Assembly: GCA_046583315.1 (NCBI GenBank)
Contig: JAYGCN010000343.1
Location: forward strand, 26,285 to 90,284
Reading direction: 5' to 3'
Length of the DNA stretch: 64,000 nt
DNA from: Candidatus Hydrogenedentota bacterium
GTDB lineage: Bacteria; Hydrogenedentota; Hydrogenedentia; Hydrogenedentales; GCA-2746185
The notes under the pieces were generated by a model, which saw only the letters and a program-made list of their open reading frames with translations, searched no databases and was not told the DNA's origin. The position numbers and the translations under genes are program-made. Of this stretch, positions 9,851 to 20,472 are shown one piece after another (the first letter of the stretch is position 1; the number at the start of each line of letters is the position of its first letter).

Positions 9851-12019
9851 CTATAACGACCCAACCGCCTTCTGTGCGACTTCAATTGGGGTGCCGTCGG
9901 ACTCCGTCAGACGAAGCATGAAGCCCCATCCCCCCACAAGCTGAGTCACCTGAACGAGCAGTTGGTTTTCGCCCGCTTTGAGATGTACCGGCACGATATC
10001 CTGGTCCAGCAACATCCCGCGATCTATGTTGTTCTCATGAACGGATTGCCCATTGAGCCAAATACGCACGCCATCGTCACTGCCGACGCGAATTTGCGCT
10101 TCCTTGGACGTCTCCGAAGAAAAAGTCGTGTAAGCAAACATACTGACGTCGTCGTGGGCCCCAAATAACCCGAGTGCATTGATGATCTGTCCCGTCTCAT
10201 GATGAACCCATGAGTGGCTATGCCCATCGACAGGATAGCTCGCTTCAAGATCAATGTCCGGCGCGCCCACAGGATTTGCAGTGAAACCATCCGACGATTT
10301 CCACGCAAACGGCCCGACCAGATACCATCGCGTCAGGAATCCCATCTTACGGATAAACGGTTCCGCAATGCCCTGCTGATGCGCCATGTCGAGAATCGCC
10401 TGCACATTCGCCGTCTCCGTGACCACCTCATTTAAGGCTTCACGAAGCGCGATCGATTCTTCAGGATATTTCACCGAATCAATCATGACATTGAGCGTAA
10501 TCAACAGATTCGTGGAGGCCTCTGAGAGCTTTTCGAGATCCAACTCGCTCAGAATTATTTCGTAGGCTTCCACCGAAGGATAATCCTTGATGCCCTGAAA
10601 CGCGATCTCCCGAAATTCAGCATTGTCCGTCGTTTGGTACAGCGTGAGATAGGCCTTGCCAGCAGCCCCAGTCGCATTCTGATGGCCCAACGCATCCGCG
10701 TAGGCCAGCAACTTATCAATATCGAATTTGCGGTCCTCACTCGGAAGGGACTCGACATAGGAAGTGATGGCATCCACGCCATCGGGCAATTCCGAGCGCG
10801 TCAATCCTTCGTATGCCATCGCCCGAAAGTCCAGGTCGTCACTCTCCGCATTCGCCAGCAGCACGTCCAGGAAAACGGAATCCTGTCTGCGACCCATCAG
10901 ACCCAACAACCCAAGCTGCATATCCCGGCTGGCGGAAGGGTAGGCTTCCAGAAGAACGTCGAAGCTCTCGCGACCACGCACGTCGTCCAGACTCATCAAG
11001 ATGGATGCCTCAAGCTCGTGATTCTCTGCCGTCATGGCCAGCACACCCTTGATGATGTTCGCATCGCCGAAACGGCACAGAGCAGCCAATACCGGGGCCT
11101 GCACACCGATCGAACCGTTGAATGTCAGCGCGTCGGCATAGAGTCCTATGGCGTGATCCCAGTTTCCGCCATTTAGCATGAGGGATTCAATGAAATGGAG
11201 ATATCCATCCATCATATCCGCCGTATTGACCGGGCGCTCGCCTTGATTCGGAAACAGTATCGGGTTTGATTGCATCATGGGTATCATTACAAACTTGGGA
11301 TCGCCGATAGGCCCGATGGCTCGAAGTACTGCACTGGGGATATACGATCTGAATTCCATGCGCTCGTCTCTGGTGCGCATAGGACTCAATCCGTACAGAA
11401 AATTATCATCGAAGGCGTAGTCGTGTTGCAGCGAGATCGTGCGGAGCGCGTCCATACTTTCGAGAAAAGCATCAAACGATTTTTGCTTGTCCGGCACCTT
11501 GTTGATTCCCTTAATGAGCGTAATGATCCGCGAGGAAAGCTGGTCGCAGGCTTCCGGACTTCCAATGAGAATCAATGCGCTGAGTGCCTCGCCATGATAG
11601 TCATTGTGGTCAAGAAAACCTGCAATGGGTGCTACGTCGTACCCTGCTGGGCAAACAATTCCCAGAAGACGTAGCGATTCGATAACCCCATGCTTCGGCG
11701 ATTCAGCTTCCAGCAAACCCGTCAACTGGCTGGTCAGCGCGATGCGTTCTTCTTCGAAGCCCGGTACGGCAACCGTATGACAAATGTCTGAGAGTATATT
11801 GCGCGACGTGCGCCAGACTCGTTGGTCGTCGTGCCGTAGCAATTCGATGAGATCCGGCACGGCGCGCATTCCCTCGCGAGGTAACATGTGCCGAGCTATG
11901 GCGCGACGAGAATCGTTATCCCCGGCGAGGTCTTGAATCCACGTGTCGTAGTCCGATGCAAAACCCGTGGCCGAAAATAAATTAGCGACAATGAATAATG
12001 AAGCAAGAATCGGTTTCAT
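9851..12019 (-). CDS. Secreted HEAT-repeat protein with C-terminal PA14-like carbohydrate-binding domain
   Basis: Signal peptide; helical repeats (AVPDLIELL, RLLGIV..APIAGFL); C-terminal WYLVGPF...VGSDDGVRIWLNG...LKAGENQLLVQV. Confidence 0.7.
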   Translation of the reverse strand: MKPILASLFIVANLFSATGFASDYDTWIQDLAGDNDSRRAIARHMLPREGMRAVPDLIELLRHDDQRVWRTSRNILSDICHTVAVPGFEEERIALTSQLTGLLEAESPKHGVIESLRLLGIVCPAGYDVAPIAGFLDHNDYHGEALSALILIGSPEACDQLSSRIITLIKGINKVPDKQKSFDAFLESMDALRTISLQHDYAFDDNFLYGLSPMRTRDERMEFRSYIPSAVLRAIGPIGDPKFVMIPMMQSNPILFPNQGERPVNTADMMDGYLHFIESLMLNGGNWDHAIGLYADALTFNGSIGVQAPVLAALCRFGDANIIKGVLAMTAENHELEASILMSLDDVRGRESFDVLLEAYPSASRDMQLGLLGLMGRRQDSVFLDVLLANAESDDLDFRAMAYEGLTRSELPDGVDAITSYVESLPSEDRKFDIDKLLAYADALGHQNATGAAGKAYLTLYQTTDNAEFREIAFQGIKDYPSVEAYEIILSELDLEKLSEASTNLLITLNVMIDSVKYPEESIALREALNEVVTETANVQAILDMAHQQGIAEPFIRKMGFLTRWYLVGPFAWKSSDGFTANPVGAPDIDLEASYPVDGHSHSWVHHETGQIINALGLFGAHDDVSMFAYTTFSSETSKEAQIRVGSDDGVRIWLNGQSVHENNIDRGMLLDQDIVPVHLKAGENQLLVQVTQLVGGWGFMLRLTESDGTPIEVAQKAVGSL

Positions 12020-12028
12020 CAAAGCCAC

Positions 12029-13297
12029 CTAGATATGCCACGGCGCGCGATACGCCCGCGTAAGGTGACGATTCGCCGCTTCGTCATTGATAAACCGTTC
12101 CGCCTCGCCATCCCAATGCAACTTCCGCCCTGCCTTGAGCGCGATGCCGGCTAGCAAGGCCGGCGTCGTAGAGCGAAACCCCTGCTCAATGTCGGCCGCT
12201 GGTTTCTGGCGAGTGCGCACGCAGTGAAAAAAGTTATTGTGATGTTCAGGATTCGCCCAGGACGCTTGCGGCGGAAACATCTTCTCGCGAGTGCGTCCAT
12301 CCGCGTACGTCACCGTAAATACGCCGCGATGGCATTCGACGCGTCCATTTTCCCCATGAAATTTCATACCAAAGGTCTTGTTTGAGTACGCATTCACATG
12401 GCGTTGTTCCCAGGTGACCGTGCAGCCCGGATACTCAAACAGCGCCTCGACAAATTCGTAATTGTCCGAGTGCGGTGCGCCGCGATAACTCCCGCCCAGG
12501 GTGACCACGTTGAGCGGACGGTCCTCGCCAATGCCCCAATGCAACACATCCATCAGGTGCACACCCCAATTCGTCAATTCACCGCCTCGCGCATAATCGT
12601 GCCAGCCCATAAATCCGAACTGTCGTTGCGGAGAATACTCCGCCCACGGCGCAGGCCCAAGCCACATATCCCAATCCAGACCCTCCGGCGGAGCTTCCTT
12701 CTTCTCGATGCCCTGTAAACCATTCGTGCCGATCCACGCCGTCGCCGTCGTAATCTGTCCCAATTCCCCTTCACGCACGATGCGCATCGTCTCCTTGAAT
12801 ACGTCCATCGACCGATGCTGCGTGCCCACCTGCACCACGCGACCGTATCGACGGGCCGCCTCGACCATCGCGCGCCCCTCGTGAATCGTCGTGCATACCG
12901 GTTTCTCCACGTAGACATCTTTTCCTGCCTGACATGCCATCACCGTAATCAGAGGATGCCAGTGATCCGGCGTGACGACCCAAACCGCATCGATATCCTC
13001 ACGACCCAGCACCTCTCGAAAATCCTGATAGGTATCCGGCCGTTTTCCGGTAATCGTCTTCACATTTTCGGCCACTTCCTCATAGCGTTTGACGAATACA
13101 TCGCACAGCGCCACGATTTCGCAGTTCGGATTGTACGCCAACGAATACGCATGCGCGCGACCCATACCGCCATTACCGATGATAGCAATGCGAACCTTGT
13201 CGTTGTAGGAAACCCGTGCCGCCTCGGCCAAATTCGGAGACGTCAGCGCGGCAAGCCCCGCCGCTTTTAGAAAAGTTCGGCGAGCGAATGGTTTCAT
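12029..13297 (-). CDS. Tat-exported Gfo/Idh/MocA family oxidoreductase
   Basis: ARRTFLK Tat motif; IGNGGMG, TPDHWH, VYVEKP, QVGTQHRS, DWDMWLGPAP, NWGVH; ATGA overlap with upstream gene. Confidence 0.9.
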   Translation of the reverse strand: MKPFARRTFLKAAGLAALTSPNLAEAARVSYNDKVRIAIIGNGGMGRAHAYSLAYNPNCEIVALCDVFVKRYEEVAENVKTITGKRPDTYQDFREVLGREDIDAVWVVTPDHWHPLITVMACQAGKDVYVEKPVCTTIHEGRAMVEAARRYGRVVQVGTQHRSMDVFKETMRIVREGELGQITTATAWIGTNGLQGIEKKEAPPEGLDWDMWLGPAPWAEYSPQRQFGFMGWHDYARGGELTNWGVHLMDVLHWGIGEDRPLNVVTLGGSYRGAPHSDNYEFVEALFEYPGCTVTWEQRHVNAYSNKTFGMKFHGENGRVECHRGVFTVTYADGRTREKMFPPQASWANPEHHNNFFHCVRTRQKPAADIEQGFRSTTPALLAGIALKAGRKLHWDGEAERFINDEAANRHLTRAYRAPWHI

Positions 13298-14421
13298 CGT
13301 ATGCCTTCTCTCTGGCCAAGGTTTTTGAACAGATACATACCCTCTTTGCCCGGCGCGACGATATCGTTCCAGCCGTTGCCGTCGATATCTGCGACCCACA
13401 GGTAGATGCCCGTGCCGCTGTTGCGATCAGCCGGACCATAATCCAGCGTGTGCCGCTCAAAATCCCCTCCGTTGATCACGTAATAATAGAGTCCGACCGG
13501 ATCGTTTGCGCCGGGATCGCCCCCGGAATGCGCTCGCCATCGTTTTCCCGTAATCAACTCAGGAACGCCGTCCTTGTTCAGATCCGCAAGCACCATTTCA
13601 TGAAATTGCGATCGTTTTCCTTCGATTTCGTGGAAGGTCCAGCCACGTTTTCCTTGAGCATCCTTTGTTTGCTCCCACCAGGCGAGGCCGTAATCATGTC
13701 CCGCGCCCACGATGATGTCAGCAAGGTTGTCGCCGTTGATGTCATGCACCAATATCGGAACACTCGAGCTGCCATAGAGTACCGGTTCCTCGTGAAAGGT
13801 CCATTCGTCGGTCCAGGGAGATTCAGGTGCCTCGAACCAGCCGCCTTGAATCACCAGATCGCCGCGGCCATCACCATTAATATCACCAAACCCCAGGCCA
13901 TGCCCCGTCTTGCGTTCGTTGATGGTGTGCATTTCAAAAGTCGACTTGCCCGGGAGCAGTCGGAAGATGCGTTGCGGGCCGTTCGGCGTATTCGGCACGA
14001 CATCGATCGCGCCGTCACCGTCAATGTCCCAAAAGCAGGGCTTCTCGATATTGCCCACTTCCGCAATATCGTGGACGGTCCATTGCGTGGTCGCGCCCTT
14101 CGGATTCTCGCGCCAGGTTAGTTTTTGTCCAAACCACGCGCCCGACACGATATCCAGATAACCATCTCCATTGACGTCCATCGGGTAGTCCCCAAAGTCA
14201 TCAAAATAATCACCCTCTGGTTTCACGTCGCAGATCTTGTGGCGCGCCGTAAACGCAGGCCCTGAAAACCAGTATTCGCCCGAGACGATATCCAGTTCCC
14301 CGTCCCGATCCACATCAAACACGGAACACGCCTCATAGGTCGTGTCCCCGATTCGGGACCGCTCAAAAATCAATTCAACCGACGGCGCAGAACACATGAA
14401 CGACAGCAGTGCAATTAGCAT
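13294..14421 (-). CDS. FG-GAP/VCBS repeat beta-propeller protein
   Basis: Seven Ca-binding DxDxDG-type repeats (DVDRDGELD, DVNGDGYLD, DIDGDGAID, DINGDGRGD, DINGDNLAD, DLNKDGVPE, DIDGNGWND). Confidence 0.85.
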   Translation of the reverse strand: MLIALLSFMCSAPSVELIFERSRIGDTTYEACSVFDVDRDGELDIVSGEYWFSGPAFTARHKICDVKPEGDYFDDFGDYPMDVNGDGYLDIVSGAWFGQKLTWRENPKGATTQWTVHDIAEVGNIEKPCFWDIDGDGAIDVVPNTPNGPQRIFRLLPGKSTFEMHTINERKTGHGLGFGDINGDGRGDLVIQGGWFEAPESPWTDEWTFHEEPVLYGSSSVPILVHDINGDNLADIIVGAGHDYGLAWWEQTKDAQGKRGWTFHEIEGKRSQFHEMVLADLNKDGVPELITGKRWRAHSGGDPGANDPVGLYYYVINGGDFERHTLDYGPADRNSGTGIYLWVADIDGNGWNDIVAPGKEGMYLFKNLGQREGIR

Positions 14422-14608
14422 GAAAAATTCTCCAAAACAGACACTTCCAAAAATACCTCAACTAGAGTATACGTCTATAAAAGTCAGCATGCAACGCTAT
14501 TTCGAATGCCACGAAGATTCGGGTAAACTAACGCAAGCTACTCGAAAAGCAGAATGTATGTTCATTAAGAACATCGCATCCAAGCACCGCGCACAAGGTA
14601 ACGGGAAC

Positions 14609-15352
14609 ATGATCAGGGTCTTAACATTGAACATCCATAAAGGCTTCACCCTTTTCAATGCACGCTTCATGCTGCATGAATTGCGCGACGCCTTAAGACG
14701 TAGCGAACCCGATATCGTCTTTCTGCAGGAGGTGCAAGGCGTTCACACGGAAAAGGAAGAGAATCACCACGATTGGCCCGACGAAGCGCAGGTTGAATTT
14801 CTGGCCGACGAAGTGTGGAGCGATTTCGCTTACGGAAAAAACGCCGTGTACACCCTGGGACATCATGGTAACGCGATTCTGTCGAAATACCCCATCGAGC
14901 ATTGGGAGCAAGTCGACATTTCCACGAACCGGGTCGAGCAGCGCGGTCACCTGTATTGCCGCTTGCAGTTGCCTGAGGAGAAGAGAACACTCCACTGTCT
15001 GTGTATGCACCTGGGACTATCGGCGCTATCCCGACGCAAACAGCTCCACATGATATCCGACTATATCGCCAAACATGTACCCGACAAAGAGCTGCTCATC
15101 GTCGCGGGAGATTCCAATGACTGGACCGGTCTCCCAACGAAACGTTTCGCGACGAGAGCGAACCTGCACGATGTCGCGCTTGTTTCCAACGGGAAACACC
15201 TCAAGACCTTTCCCGCGAAGCGACCACTGCTGAGCCTGGACCGAATTTATGTGCGGGGATTAAAGGTGCTCTACGCCACAGCGCATGACGACGCAATTTG
15301 GCGAGAGTTGTCCGACCATGTACCACTGACTGCCGAGCTGGAGCTCCTCTAA
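14609..15352 (+). CDS. Endonuclease/exonuclease/phosphatase family protein (YbhP-like)
   Basis: VLTLNIHKG, DIVFLQEV, HGNAILS, AGDSNDW, LDRIY, LSDHVPL. Confidence 0.88.
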   Translation: MIRVLTLNIHKGFTLFNARFMLHELRDALRRSEPDIVFLQEVQGVHTEKEENHHDWPDEAQVEFLADEVWSDFAYGKNAVYTLGHHGNAILSKYPIEHWEQVDISTNRVEQRGHLYCRLQLPEEKRTLHCLCMHLGLSALSRRKQLHMISDYIAKHVPDKELLIVAGDSNDWTGLPTKRFATRANLHDVALVSNGKHLKTFPAKRPLLSLDRIYVRGLKVLYATAHDDAIWRELSDHVPLTAELELL

Positions 15353-15405
15353 AACGCCTACGAAATCGATTCGTTGAACAGCGCTGCCGAGACCGTATCA
15401 CCTCG

Positions 15406-16710
15406 CTATTTTTCAGCGATGCAATACAGGTTTTTCGCGCCTCTAAGATAAAGAACATCACCGATCACCACTGGCGAACCGTCCAGACCATCATCCAGCT
15501 GATTCGAGGCCAGAATTTCAAAGGTGTCCGAATGTTTCACTACAATCGTGAGGCCCTTACGTCCGGGAATGTAGATGCGGTTCGCGACACCCACCGGCGA
15601 CGCATACACCTGCCTGATTCCTTCAAGTTTCCCGCGTTCGTAGATGGCTTCACCCGTGAGGGCGTTGAACGATGAAAGCGATCCGCTCAAACCGCGCGTG
15701 ACATAGATCCGGTCACCCCACAACAGTGGCGACGATACATAAGGCGTGTTCTTGTTGACCTGCCACACGACCGATTCGTCCGTGATTTCACCGGTGACAC
15801 CCAGTTTTACCGCTTTCAATTGAGGACGCTGATAACCAGCAGACAGGTATACATTGCCATGGCCCACTACTGGCATCGGGATGGCCGAATCAAGCAATCC
15901 AGACATTTCCCAAAGCAACTCCCCATTCTTCGCGTTATAACCGCGAATGCCCAATTGACCCGCCGTGATGACCTGAAGCGTGCCATCAATCTCTTCCACC
16001 AACGGGGTTGCCCAGGTACTCTCTTCGTCGCGCGCCTTTTCCCAGAGAATCGAGCCATCGGCCTTGTTGTACGCAACAATTTTCGATTCGCCCTCGTGGT
16101 CCAGCGTTACAACTATCGCGTCGCCCGCCAACACCGCCGAAGCACCTTCGCCGAATTCGTTGCTGATTGTCAATGGCATCGTCGGTTTGTCCCACTGTGA
16201 ATTTCCGTCCATGTCATAACAGTGGATGCCTTGCGAACCAAAACTGATCCACACGAATTCTCCGTCGGTCATTGCGGATTGTGGCGAATATGTGCTCGAT
16301 ACATGATGCCCTTCATGCGGCACCGCTTCGGCCGCCGTACGTTCCCACAAAATTTCGCCCGTGTTACGATCCAGACACATCAGATTGAACTTGTACGCAT
16401 TCGTTGGCTTAGGAGCCGGCTCACCACGCGGGCGGCGTCCTCTAGGTTTTTCAAGAGCCTCGCCAATGCGAACAGCCGTCGTCACGAAAATCTTGTCTCC
16501 CCACACGACCGGCGTTGAGTTGCCTTCGCCAGGAATCGCTACTTTCCAACGAATGTTTTCCGTTTCGCTCCAGGTGAGCGGTGGATTTCCCATTGCCGCC
16601 GCCAATCCATTTTGCGTCGGACCGCGCCATGAAGGCCAGTTCTCCGCATCGGCCATTCCGGTCAAGAACATTGTTATCGTGAGAAACGCTACCACACTAC
16701 ATTTATTCAT
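15406..16710 (-). CDS. Secreted PQQ-binding-like beta-propeller protein
   Basis: Signal peptide; WPSWRGP, W..S(T)PVVWGD, repeated (T/D)GxxLW propeller motifs, SPV.G..LYLRG; AAGGA RBS. Confidence 0.85.
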   Translation of the reverse strand: MNKCSVVAFLTITMFLTGMADAENWPSWRGPTQNGLAAAMGNPPLTWSETENIRWKVAIPGEGNSTPVVWGDKIFVTTAVRIGEALEKPRGRRPRGEPAPKPTNAYKFNLMCLDRNTGEILWERTAAEAVPHEGHHVSSTYSPQSAMTDGEFVWISFGSQGIHCYDMDGNSQWDKPTMPLTISNEFGEGASAVLAGDAIVVTLDHEGESKIVAYNKADGSILWEKARDEESTWATPLVEEIDGTLQVITAGQLGIRGYNAKNGELLWEMSGLLDSAIPMPVVGHGNVYLSAGYQRPQLKAVKLGVTGEITDESVVWQVNKNTPYVSSPLLWGDRIYVTRGLSGSLSSFNALTGEAIYERGKLEGIRQVYASPVGVANRIYIPGRKGLTIVVKHSDTFEILASNQLDDGLDGSPVVIGDVLYLRGAKNLYCIAEK

Positions 16711-16798
16711 GAAAGTTTCCTTCATCGTGATCGCATCTTCAAACCATTGAATATACGAATTTCAAGAGGTACAAGGCAAATCTTCGCGACGTTGAACA

Positions 16799-17224
16799 CT
16801 ACTTCTCCGGGTGGCGTCGAAGCAATTGCGTGGCACACGCCTTCGCCACCAATTTGCCGTTCGCATTGGTAAACGCTGCCTCAACATTCACGCACGACCG
16901 ACCCCGGTGAATCACCGTCGCCTCGACCCGAAGCTTTTCAGATCCTGCTGGCCGGAAATAATCGATCCGGCAATTTGACGTAACAAAAATTTCATGGTCA
17001 TCCAGCACCGTCATCGTCGCCATACCTACCATTTCATCCGCGACCGCCGACAGATAGCCGCCGAACACACTGCCATGCGGTTGAATCATTTTGTCGTCAA
17101 TCGTCCATGAACTCCAGACGCGACCCTTCTCCCAGCCGTCGATATGAGGAATACAAAGGGTTTCGGTGCGCTGCGGGACAGGAGGATTGCCGCTGGCGAT
17201 TCGGTCTAGCAATTCGTTCCACAT
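16799..17224 (-). CDS. PaaI family thioesterase (hotdog fold)
   Basis: PHGSVFGGYLSAVADE, IDYFRP, VIHRGR. Confidence 0.8.
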   Translation of the reverse strand: MWNELLDRIASGNPPVPQRTETLCIPHIDGWEKGRVWSSWTIDDKMIQPHGSVFGGYLSAVADEMVGMATMTVLDDHEIFVTSNCRIDYFRPAGSEKLRVEATVIHRGRSCVNVEAAFTNANGKLVAKACATQLLRRHPEK

Positions 17225-17342
17225 AGACACCGACGCGTTTTCTCCTCTGGATGCAACCTGCCTCACCAGTAACACGGCTCCTCCGTACAATACTCCATCA
17301 GGCACCCATTAACAAGAAGGCCTTCGAAAGCATCGAGAAATC

Positions 17343-18512
17343 CTACAGCGTTGTACTACATGCGCCCGTTGCGGCCGAAGATACGATAATTTCACTTTCG
17401 ATTCCACTCTGCTCGTCATACGCCTCCCTAAGCAACACGCAAAAGGCATCAACACATTCCCGCGCAACGAGATTTATTGTGCAACCCCCGAAACCCGCTC
17501 CCGTCATGCGCGCGCCGTAACATCCTTCCAGCGACCTTGCAATGTCTGTCATGATTCGTAGCTCGTTACAGGAAACCTCATAGTCCGCGACAAGACTGAC
17601 ATCCGAGGCATTCATGAGTTCACCCAACTCGACCAGATTGCCATCGCGTAAAGCTCCACAGGCCTTCGATGTACGTTCGTTTTCAGAAATCACATGCCGG
17701 GCCCGGCGGAATTCGACATCACCCAACGTATCTTTTGCCTCGTCAAGTTCCACTAACGTGAAATCCCGCAAGTGCGTGCCCGACGTGTTTAATGCGCCAT
17801 TCAACCCAGCCACCGCGTGTTGGCACTCTGCGACCCGTTCGTTGTACTTCGAAGCCGTCAATTCTCTGCGCACCCCCGTATCCGCGATCACAAACAGCGC
17901 CTTCCCAAGGTTTGCCGGAATCGGCTGATGCTCCAGCGTGCGGCAATCAACGAATAATGCGTGACCCAATTTCCCCGCGCGAGAGATAAAGGGGTCCATA
18001 ATCCCGCTACTCAACCCCAGATAGTAATTTTCCACCCGCTGACACAACTGCGCGGCAACCCTATCGGGCAACGTGAAATCACCCGTCGCCTCAAATAGAC
18101 ACAGCACGGCCATCTCAAGACTCGCCGAACTGCTCAATCCGCATCCCAGGGGAACGTCGCCGACAACCAGGATGTCAGCTCCGCTCAGTGATCGGCCCGT
18201 TTCTTGAAGCATGAGCGCCACGCCCGAAATATAGTCCAGCCAGGGGTGGTCTTCCGAGCGAGCGAGTCGTTTTAGATTAATCTCGGCACGCTGGTCCAAA
18301 TCAGCTGCAAAAACACTCAATATCGAATCATCCCGCACCGCCGACAGAACAAGCGTATCGCGATCGATCGCCATCGGCAACACAAAACCATGATTGTAGT
18401 CCGTATGTTCCCCGATGATATTGACCCGGCCCGGCGCACGTCCCGCAACCTGTGCGGGGCGGCCGAAGCGTTGTTCGAAATCTTTTTTGGCCTGTTCAAT
18501 ATCAACACTCAT
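17343..18512 (-). CDS. galK: Galactokinase
   Basis: APGRVNIIGEHTDYN signature, PLGCGLSSSA GHMP motif, GIMD, YNERVAEC, GARMTGAGFGGC. Confidence 0.95.
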   Translation of the reverse strand: MSVDIEQAKKDFEQRFGRPAQVAGRAPGRVNIIGEHTDYNHGFVLPMAIDRDTLVLSAVRDDSILSVFAADLDQRAEINLKRLARSEDHPWLDYISGVALMLQETGRSLSGADILVVGDVPLGCGLSSSASLEMAVLCLFEATGDFTLPDRVAAQLCQRVENYYLGLSSGIMDPFISRAGKLGHALFVDCRTLEHQPIPANLGKALFVIADTGVRRELTASKYNERVAECQHAVAGLNGALNTSGTHLRDFTLVELDEAKDTLGDVEFRRARHVISENERTSKACGALRDGNLVELGELMNASDVSLVADYEVSCNELRIMTDIARSLEGCYGARMTGAGFGGCTINLVARECVDAFCVLLREAYDEQSGIESEIIVSSAATGACSTTL

Positions 18513-18643
18513 GCACGTGCCCGACGATTCCCGATTCGTTACCTGAAAATCCGAGTATAGCGTTTTCTGCCGCGGGCTTGCGATTCCCTGTCGGAATTGG
18601 TGTAATGGGAGGTCTGACCAAAACCATGAGGAAAGGAATTATT

Positions 18644-19126
18644 ATGCCAGCCGAAAAATTTCCCATCGAGGCCGGACACATCATGTTGTTCTCCCGTGCC
18701 GTGGGTGATGCGAACCCGATTTACCATGATGCCGATCATGCCGCATCCACCGAAGTCGGCCATCAGATAGCACCGCCTACCTTCGTCCAGGCCAGTGCCC
18801 AATTCGACCCGAGCTATTTTTTGCGCCCGAAAATCGGCGAACCCTGGTTCGGCTCCGGCAAGAATGCCACCGGAATAACCGATCCCGGCGACAAAGACAT
18901 CTCCAGCGGACTGCATGCCGAGCAACACTTCGAATACCATCGCCACATCAAACCCGGCGACGTGCTCAGCGCGACGACGAAAGCGGGGGAGACCTGGGAG
19001 AAACAAGGGCGCCGCGGCGGTAAGCTGATGTTTAGCGAAGGCATCACCGAGTACCGCGATCAGAACGGCGAACTCGTCATCACCGCACGCTCCGTTGGCG
19101 TCAAAACCGAAAAACCCGCATCCTGA
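18644..19126 (+). CDS. MaoC-like dehydratase N-terminal subunit (FAS1-like hotdog)
   Basis: IEAGHIMLFSRAVGDANPIY, APPTF, LHAEQHFEYHR; AAGGA RBS. Confidence 0.85.
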   Translation: MPAEKFPIEAGHIMLFSRAVGDANPIYHDADHAASTEVGHQIAPPTFVQASAQFDPSYFLRPKIGEPWFGSGKNATGITDPGDKDISSGLHAEQHFEYHRHIKPGDVLSATTKAGETWEKQGRRGGKLMFSEGITEYRDQNGELVITARSVGVKTEKPAS

Positions 19127-19149
19127 TTGCGATTCAGAGGAGAACAATT

Positions 19150-19572
19150 ATGCCCTTGCAAGCCAGTTCACTATCCGTCGGCGATACCTACGAAGAAGTC
19201 GTCGTCGACGATTTAACACGGACCCAGCTCGTGCAATATGCCGGCGCGTCAGGAGACTACAATCCCCTGCACACCGACCATAAATACGCCACCGAAGTTG
19301 CCAACTACCCCGGCGTATTCGCACACGGAATGTTATCCATGGGCCTGACCGGAAAAATGCTGACCAACTACGTCGGAGACGGTCGCCTGAAAAAATACGG
19401 TGTCCGATTCTCCAAACAAGTCTGGCCCGGCGATACCTTGACCGCCACGGCTACCGTCGATGCCATTCGTGACGAAGACGGCGGGCCCGTAGTTGATTTA
19501 TCCATCGTGACGGTGAATCAGGATGGCGACACCGTCATCAAAGGCAGCGCCACGGCCCGCATCGACGCTTGA
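19150..19572 (+). CDS. MaoC family dehydratase
   Basis: YAGASGDYNPLHTD hydratase-2 motif, AHGMLSMG, VRF..VWPGD. Confidence 0.9.
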   Translation: MPLQASSLSVGDTYEEVVVDDLTRTQLVQYAGASGDYNPLHTDHKYATEVANYPGVFAHGMLSMGLTGKMLTNYVGDGRLKKYGVRFSKQVWPGDTLTATATVDAIRDEDGGPVVDLSIVTVNQDGDTVIKGSATARIDA

Positions 19573-19589
19573 ACGGTACTACAGCTTGA

Positions 19590-20378
19590 TTAACGTTCCT
19601 GAGCCAGTAACCATTCCACAGCGGCCTCGCTTTTTCCGTATGCCTTGTCCCAGGAGTTATGGTTGACGCCCGGATACTTCGTGAACTTCACCGATCCGCC
19701 TTCTTCGCGGATGGCATTCACCATTTCTTCAGAACGCGCCACTGGTACCACCGAATCCGCTTCGCCATGCAGCACCCACATCGGCTTTGTCGCCAACTGC
19801 GCCGCACCCGCAACATCGCCGCCGCCACAAATCGGCATGAACGCCGAGAAGCGGTCCGCGTGTTGGGCGCCGTACGAGAAGGTGCCAAATCCGCCCATCG
19901 AAAGACCCGTCAACGACACGCGGTCCTCATCAATCGAATAACGGCTCAGGATCTGCTCAATTCCATCCGTAATGTGCGCGTGACCTGATTCGTCCCCGCC
20001 TCGTCCAGGAATGGCGCTCCACCAATCTCCCGCCGGGCATTGTGGCATAAATACAAGACACTGGAAGCGATCAGGATTCTGGCGTATCGCCGTGCCTATA
20101 CCCACTTGCGACTGTCGCACACCATCATCGCCCCGTTCACCGGCGCCGTGCAAGAATACAATTAACGGATACTCTCTTGAGGGATTATAATCGGCAGGAA
20201 CGTACAATACCGCCGGGCGGTTTTCGCCAGCAGCGCGGGTTTCCATATCCAGAAAGCCCGTCGCACGATTAGAGGCATGAATTCTATCGTCCACCTCAAG
20301 ATTATCCACCCGAACGCTGATGCAGCCAGTCAGCAATACGCCGATCAATGCGACACATCCGAAACGCAAAAAAGCCAT
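19590..20378 (-). CDS. Lipoprotein alpha/beta hydrolase (peptidase/esterase, carboxylesterase family)
   Basis: Lipobox LLTGC; FLHGAGERG, GLSMGG nucleophile elbow, HGEAD, HNSW; AGGAG RBS. Confidence 0.85.
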   Translation of the reverse strand: MAFLRFGCVALIGVLLTGCISVRVDNLEVDDRIHASNRATGFLDMETRAAGENRPAVLYVPADYNPSREYPLIVFLHGAGERGDDGVRQSQVGIGTAIRQNPDRFQCLVFMPQCPAGDWWSAIPGRGGDESGHAHITDGIEQILSRYSIDEDRVSLTGLSMGGFGTFSYGAQHADRFSAFMPICGGGDVAGAAQLATKPMWVLHGEADSVVPVARSEEMVNAIREEGGSVKFTKYPGVNHNSWDKAYGKSEAAVEWLLAQER

Positions 20379-20472
20379 GATAGTTCTCCTCATTGAATAT
20401 CGATTATGACAGGGAATCAGTCTACCGTGTTCCTGCAAGCAGACGCAATTTGGTCAGGATTATTCACTCTTT

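Noticed and set aside
9435..9921. Short ORFs (89-95 aa) in the TauD upstream gap
   Set aside because: No convincing RBS, motifs or protein-like composition.
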